The notes beneath the pieces were generated by a model. The model was given only the letters and a program-made list of their open reading frames with translations, was not told the DNA's origin and did no database searches. From a virus (lineage: Duplodnaviria; Caudoviricetes), in IMG/VR virus record IMGVR_UViG_3300032331_002501, positions 1 through 61,715 of that record: DNA of 61,715 nt, one strand, 5' to 3'. A program made the position numbers and the translations under genes. Positions 57,902 to 61,715 of the stretch are shown in pieces (within the stretch, counting starts at the first letter, position 1; every line of letters starts with the position of its first letter).

Positions 57902-59215
57902 TTATGCTGCGTCAGTAGGTTGTTCAGATTTGGTTGTACTTTGAGCTTTTTTCAATGCTTGAATAGATTTATCAATAGCTTTCTTTTGCTCTTCTTTATT
58001 TTTAATTTCATTATCTAATTCAGAACCAGCAGCTGCTATTTCTTCTTTACTTCTTTCAGTAATAACATCTTCTTTAGGTTGTTCAGATTTAGAAGATTTT
58101 TTAGATTCACCAAGTTTAGATTTTAATTTTTCTAATTTCTTAATATCATCATTTAATTCTTTAATCTTTTTAGGATTAATAGAATCTTCTTCTAATTCTT
58201 TTAAAGTAGTTAATGCTTTTAATTTTTTCTTACGTCTTAAAATTTCCTTATCAATTAATTTAGCCTTAGCATTGTCTGAAGCTGTTTTACCAGCATCTTC
58301 AATAGATTTAATATCGATTGCTTCTCTAATAAGAGTAGATATTATTTTACGAAGTTTAGACTCATTAATACCTTCATCTTCTTCATCAGATTCTTCAAAT
58401 AATCCTGTGCTTCTAAAGTTCCCAGCATCTTTAAGCCATATATCGTTATAAACTTGTTCTGGGGATTTATTAGCATTAAAGTATCTTTGTAGTTCAAGAT
58501 TATCTACAGCTATATCATCAATATCTAGATTTGCATCGCTCATGAGAATATCATAAAGTTTTTCCTTCCATGTATTGAATTGATATTCCCATTCATTAGA
58601 ACCAATCTGTGGAGAACGTCCAGGTATTGATTCTTTTAATTTAACTGGTTCCATCCCAGATGCTTTATATTTACCTTTAACTTCTTTCGATGGGCTATAA
58701 CCAGGTAGTTTATCAGTGTATCCTAAACCTTCAATTCCGAATTGGCCATTTTTAAGATAATATTGATTATCTTTAGTTAAATTTTTAGTAACTATAGCTT
58801 TTAATTCTTCAGTAGTTTTATCAACATTTTTAGGATTATCAATTTCAACCGATAAACCTAAAAGATACTGGTTGAAAGAAACATTGTTTATATTTTTTTC
58901 ATCCTCATAATCGTAATTACGAGTTTCAGCATCTGTTACATTTTTAGTTGTTTTCTTTTCTACTGCTTTAGCTTCACCATTAGCTTCAGCTATATTTTCT
59001 TTAAAAATAGAAACCCAATCCGGAGTAGTACCAGTAGTAACTACACCACCCGCAGCTTCAGAAATAATACCTCTTTGTTTTAAGATAGAAGTAGTTTCTT
59101 GAAATGTAGAAGCATTAGTAATATATTGAGGAAATAAGGTTTTAGCCTGTTTAAGGAATATTTCTTTATTACCTTTACCTTCTTTAATTAAAGTGTATTG
59201 ATCTTGAAGTGTCAT
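57902..59215 (-). CDS. Head-associated hypothetical protein
   Basis: Charged, with many [LI]xE sites and KLRKIISTLIREAI; in the head operon. Confidence 0.6.
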   Translation of the reverse strand: MTLQDQYTLIKEGKGNKEIFLKQAKTLFPQYITNASTFQETTSILKQRGIISEAAGGVVTTGTTPDWVSIFKENIAEANGEAKAVEKKTTKNVTDAETRNYDYEDEKNINNVSFNQYLLGLSVEIDNPKNVDKTTEELKAIVTKNLTKDNQYYLKNGQFGIEGLGYTDKLPGYSPSKEVKGKYKASGMEPVKLKESIPGRSPQIGSNEWEYQFNTWKEKLYDILMSDANLDIDDIAVDNLELQRYFNANKSPEQVYNDIWLKDAGNFRSTGLFEESDEEDEGINESKLRKIISTLIREAIDIKSIEDAGKTASDNAKAKLIDKEILRRKKKLKALTTLKELEEDSINPKKIKELNDDIKKLEKLKSKLGESKKSSKSEQPKEDVITERSKEEIAAAGSELDNEIKNKEEQKKAIDKSIQALKKAQSTTKSEQPTDAA

Positions 59216-59731
59216 TTATTGTTGGTTTTTAAATAGTTTGATTAAATCATTTAAATAATCTACTGCTAACTCAGTACCATAAAGATTTTCCATAGATGGA
59301 TTTTCTTTATAGAAATTAACAGATTTTTGTTTAGCATTCTGAAGTAGTGGAATTAATTCATTTAATTTAATTTCTATTTCTTCAAATTCTTTCATTTTTG
59401 TAGCAACATGCTGTTTAACTCCAGCATCTTGAGTATCTAGACTATCAACGTAACTATTTACGTTAAAATTTTCTTCGTTTAGTTTAGATTTTTTCCACAA
59501 ATGTACGTAATCTACTCCTTTTTGTTTTTTAGCTAATTTATCAGGAGTAGCATCTTTAAAACCTAAAGAAGCATACATTGTATCTTTTACTCCTTTAATT
59601 TTCTTTTTAGAGAAAGCTAATGGGGTAGCATATTGTGGACCAGTACCTGCTGAAAATGCAGCTGTGCCCCCACTAGTAGCCATTTCTTGGAGTTTATTTT
59701 TTATAAATTCTGTAAGTTCTTTTCTGGTCAT
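59216..59731 (-). CDS. Head-associated hypothetical protein
   Basis: ELTEFIKNKLQE and YATPLAF motifs; in the head operon. Confidence 0.6.
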   Translation of the reverse strand: MTRKELTEFIKNKLQEMATSGGTAAFSAGTGPQYATPLAFSKKKIKGVKDTMYASLGFKDATPDKLAKKQKGVDYVHLWKKSKLNEENFNVNSYVDSLDTQDAGVKQHVATKMKEFEEIEIKLNELIPLLQNAKQKSVNFYKENPSMENLYGTELAVDYLNDLIKLFKNQQ

Positions 59732-60591
59732 ATTTTGGTGACTTTGATAAGTTCTTCTACAAGTTCAGAGTATTGGAGAAGATCAATTAGGTTATTATCT
59801 TTAATTTTTTGGTTTTTATCCATTTCAACTAAAAGTTTCATAACCTCATTTAACTTAATTTGAACTACTTTATCAGTAACTTGTTTGGTTAAGTTAGTTA
59901 ATCTAGAACGTATTTCATTAATTTTACTATTATAGAAATCTTTTAACTTAGATGTAGAATCTACAGAATTAATATATTCTTTTAATATTGATTTTTGCGG
60001 GTCACTAAAGTTTTCGTATTTAGAATTAAATTTTTCTAATAAAACATGATAAGTTAAAATACGTGTATCCTTATCATAGCTTTGGAATTCTTCTAAAAGT
60101 TTATCTTTAGTTACATTTTTATTAATAATACCTTTAGTTAAAAAGTCCAATAATGTAATTTTATTTTCAACTATAACATTAGGATTGACATTATCGTCTC
60201 CATTAGAAATTTCTAATAAGATAGCAAAAGATGCTAGTGCCTTATAATGTGAAATTCTAATCTTAAAAAATTCTTCTAAGTTATAGTGTTCCTTAATTTC
60301 TTTAATTAAGTTATATTTTTCTTTTCTTAAAGAAGTTCTATTTAGTTTTTTTGATGCATCTAAGGATGTAGATAATACTACATTAGCTTTAGTTTCACTA
60401 ACATTACTATATTTAAATAATGTCTCAAAAAGTTTATATTCTTTACCTAATTCAGTGTTGGTAAAATATTTTTTAAGTAACCCTAAGGCTTTAGATTCTT
60501 TACCCTCTAAAGTATCAGCTGTTACTCTTCTAACTAGTAGTTCAAAAAGAATTCCGGTGTTTTTAAACTTTGAATGTTTAAGTTGCATCAA
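59728..60591 (-). CDS. Hypothetical protein downstream of portal
   Basis: KHSKFKNTGILFELL; late motif at 60603-60610. Confidence 0.65.
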   Translation of the reverse strand: MMQLKHSKFKNTGILFELLVRRVTADTLEGKESKALGLLKKYFTNTELGKEYKLFETLFKYSNVSETKANVVLSTSLDASKKLNRTSLRKEKYNLIKEIKEHYNLEEFFKIRISHYKALASFAILLEISNGDDNVNPNVIVENKITLLDFLTKGIINKNVTKDKLLEEFQSYDKDTRILTYHVLLEKFNSKYENFSDPQKSILKEYINSVDSTSKLKDFYNSKINEIRSRLTNLTKQVTDKVVQIKLNEVMKLLVEMDKNQKIKDNNLIDLLQYSELVEELIKVTKI

Positions 60592-60621
60592 ATATATTTT
60601 TTTATAAATATGTATATTTTA

Positions 60622-61715
60622 TTAATCCTTTAATAAGTTTTCATCTAGAAACCCTTCTCCACCATCTTTATTAAAGATATTTATTTTTTTATCCATAGTT
60701 TCAAAAATAAGTTTATTTTTTAAGAGTGTAGTTTTAGCAACCTCATTAAAAGTATTTGGGCCTTTTTTTCTATTTCTAAATCTATTATCTTCAGGTCCCA
60801 TATCACCGTTTTCTTTCTTACCTAATCTATCTTTTCCTAATGGATCTTCTTGAGTATCTATAAATGAGGCTTTTTCTTGTGGGCGACCTGGGAGGTCTGA
60901 TTCGTATCCTGTTGGTACGTCTGCTGAAAGTGAGGAGTATCTTCCTTGGCCATATAGTGATGCTAAATCATGAGGTGTACCATACGATTTTCCAGATTCA
61001 AATGGATCATTACCTTCAGTTTCAATTTGTGATAGTCTGAATTTGAATTTTTGGTCTTGAATTACTAAGTCTCTGTATTCATCAAATGTATCTTCACTAA
61101 AGTTAAATATATTATCATAAACCCAATCTGCTGGTAATAATTTAGCGTCTAAGATATTCTTAGCTAGGTCTACTTTTTCTTTTAGTAAAGCAACTTTTTC
61201 TTGTTCAAATATGATAGAAGGGTTTGTTAAACCTAATTCAAAATTAGCTAAACTTTCCCCAGTATATCCTTGAGTATATAAATGAACTAAAGCTATTTTA
61301 TATAGTTCTGAAAGGATAATTCTTTGGATGCGGTCTACAGTACGAGCAAAGCGAATATCTTCTGCGGCTAGTGTAGCTTTACCTTGTAATTGAGCATCAT
61401 ATCCCATAAACGCTTTAGGTACTTTTAAAGCAGCCATCATTTTATCTCTCAAATAAACAACGTCTGTTATACCATCATAATCTAATCCTTTGGTAGTATC
61501 TATTTTAGTAGTAGCATCCCCACCTCTTACAGGAATAAAATAATCTTCTAACATGTTTTGCATGTTATATTTAAGATTATACTCACCAGTTTGAGGATCC
61601 ATATATGGTGTTCGTTTCATTTTAGAAACTGTTCTTTCCATAAATTGATCAATTTCATTAGGTGGAATTGAACCTACATTAATATAGAATACTCGTCTTT
61701 CTGGGGCTCTTACTA
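60622..61715 (-). CDS. Portal protein (T4 gp20-like), 5' end outside the window
   Basis: The frame is open to the edge: VRAPERRVFYINVG..., EDYFIPVRG, ALKVPK, EDIRF. Confidence 0.95.
   Translation of the reverse strand, partial: VRAPERRVFYINVGSIPPNEIDQFMERTVSKMKRTPYMDPQTGEYNLKYNMQNMLEDYFIPVRGGDATTKIDTTKGLDYDGITDVVYLRDKMMAALKVPKAFMGYDAQLQGKATLAAEDIRFARTVDRIQRIILSELYKIALVHLYTQGYTGESLANFELGLTNPSIIFEQEKVALLKEKVDLAKNILDAKLLPADWVYDNIFNFSEDTFDEYRDLVIQDQKFKFRLSQIETEGNDPFESGKSYGTPHDLASLYGQGRYSSLSADVPTGYESDLPGRPQEKASFIDTQEDPLGKDRLGKKENGDMGPEDNRFRNRKKGPNTFNEVAKTTLLKNKLIFETMDKKINIFNKDGGEGFLDENLLKD

Noticed and set aside
1-61715. Stop-codon reassignment, as seen in some large Bacteroidota phages
   Set aside because: Standard code gives full-length genes at high density, and TAA, TAG and TGA all end genes.

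Overview
This 61.7-kb window is an AT-rich, single-strand-coded segment of a large T4-like (myovirus) phage genome, with all credible genes on the minus strand. Host-type promoters (TTTG-N18-20-TAnnTTwA) and A-rich leaders without Shine-Dalgarno sites point to a Bacteroidota host (inference). Read in transcription order (right to left), it holds: a head module (portal, prohead protease, scaffold, major capsid); a late amidinotransferase/dihydrolase + PSD-like decarboxylase + PhoH operon; repeat-rich fibre genes; neck, sheath, tube, chaperone, tape-measure, baseplate and lysozyme genes; a replication block (short PolA-like, SSB, RecA, 5' nuclease, helicase, NrdAB); a 7-deazaguanine DNA-modification cluster (TGT/DpdA-like, QueC, QueD, QueE, FolE) with an embedded HPRT-like enzyme, an NTP-pyrophosphatase and a glycosyltransferase; then PolB, sliding clamp, Hsp20, GroES/GroEL and a clamp loader. 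The most unusual observations are: (1) a dispersed family of late-promoter genes sharing scaffold-like address peptides (KLAG(I/L)I, LxxxIREE) and [LIV]xE protease sites, a candidate capsid-cargo system; (2) the hsp20 gene enclosed by a perfect 14-bp inverted repeat joining its 5' and 3' UTRs; (3) a +1/-2 frameshift candidate at a U7 run in the tail chaperone; (4) a late-promoter motif TATTTATA, the reverse complement of the T4 late promoter; (5) the late pentein + pyruvoyl-decarboxylase pair. All calls come from motif recognition by eye; no database searches were run.
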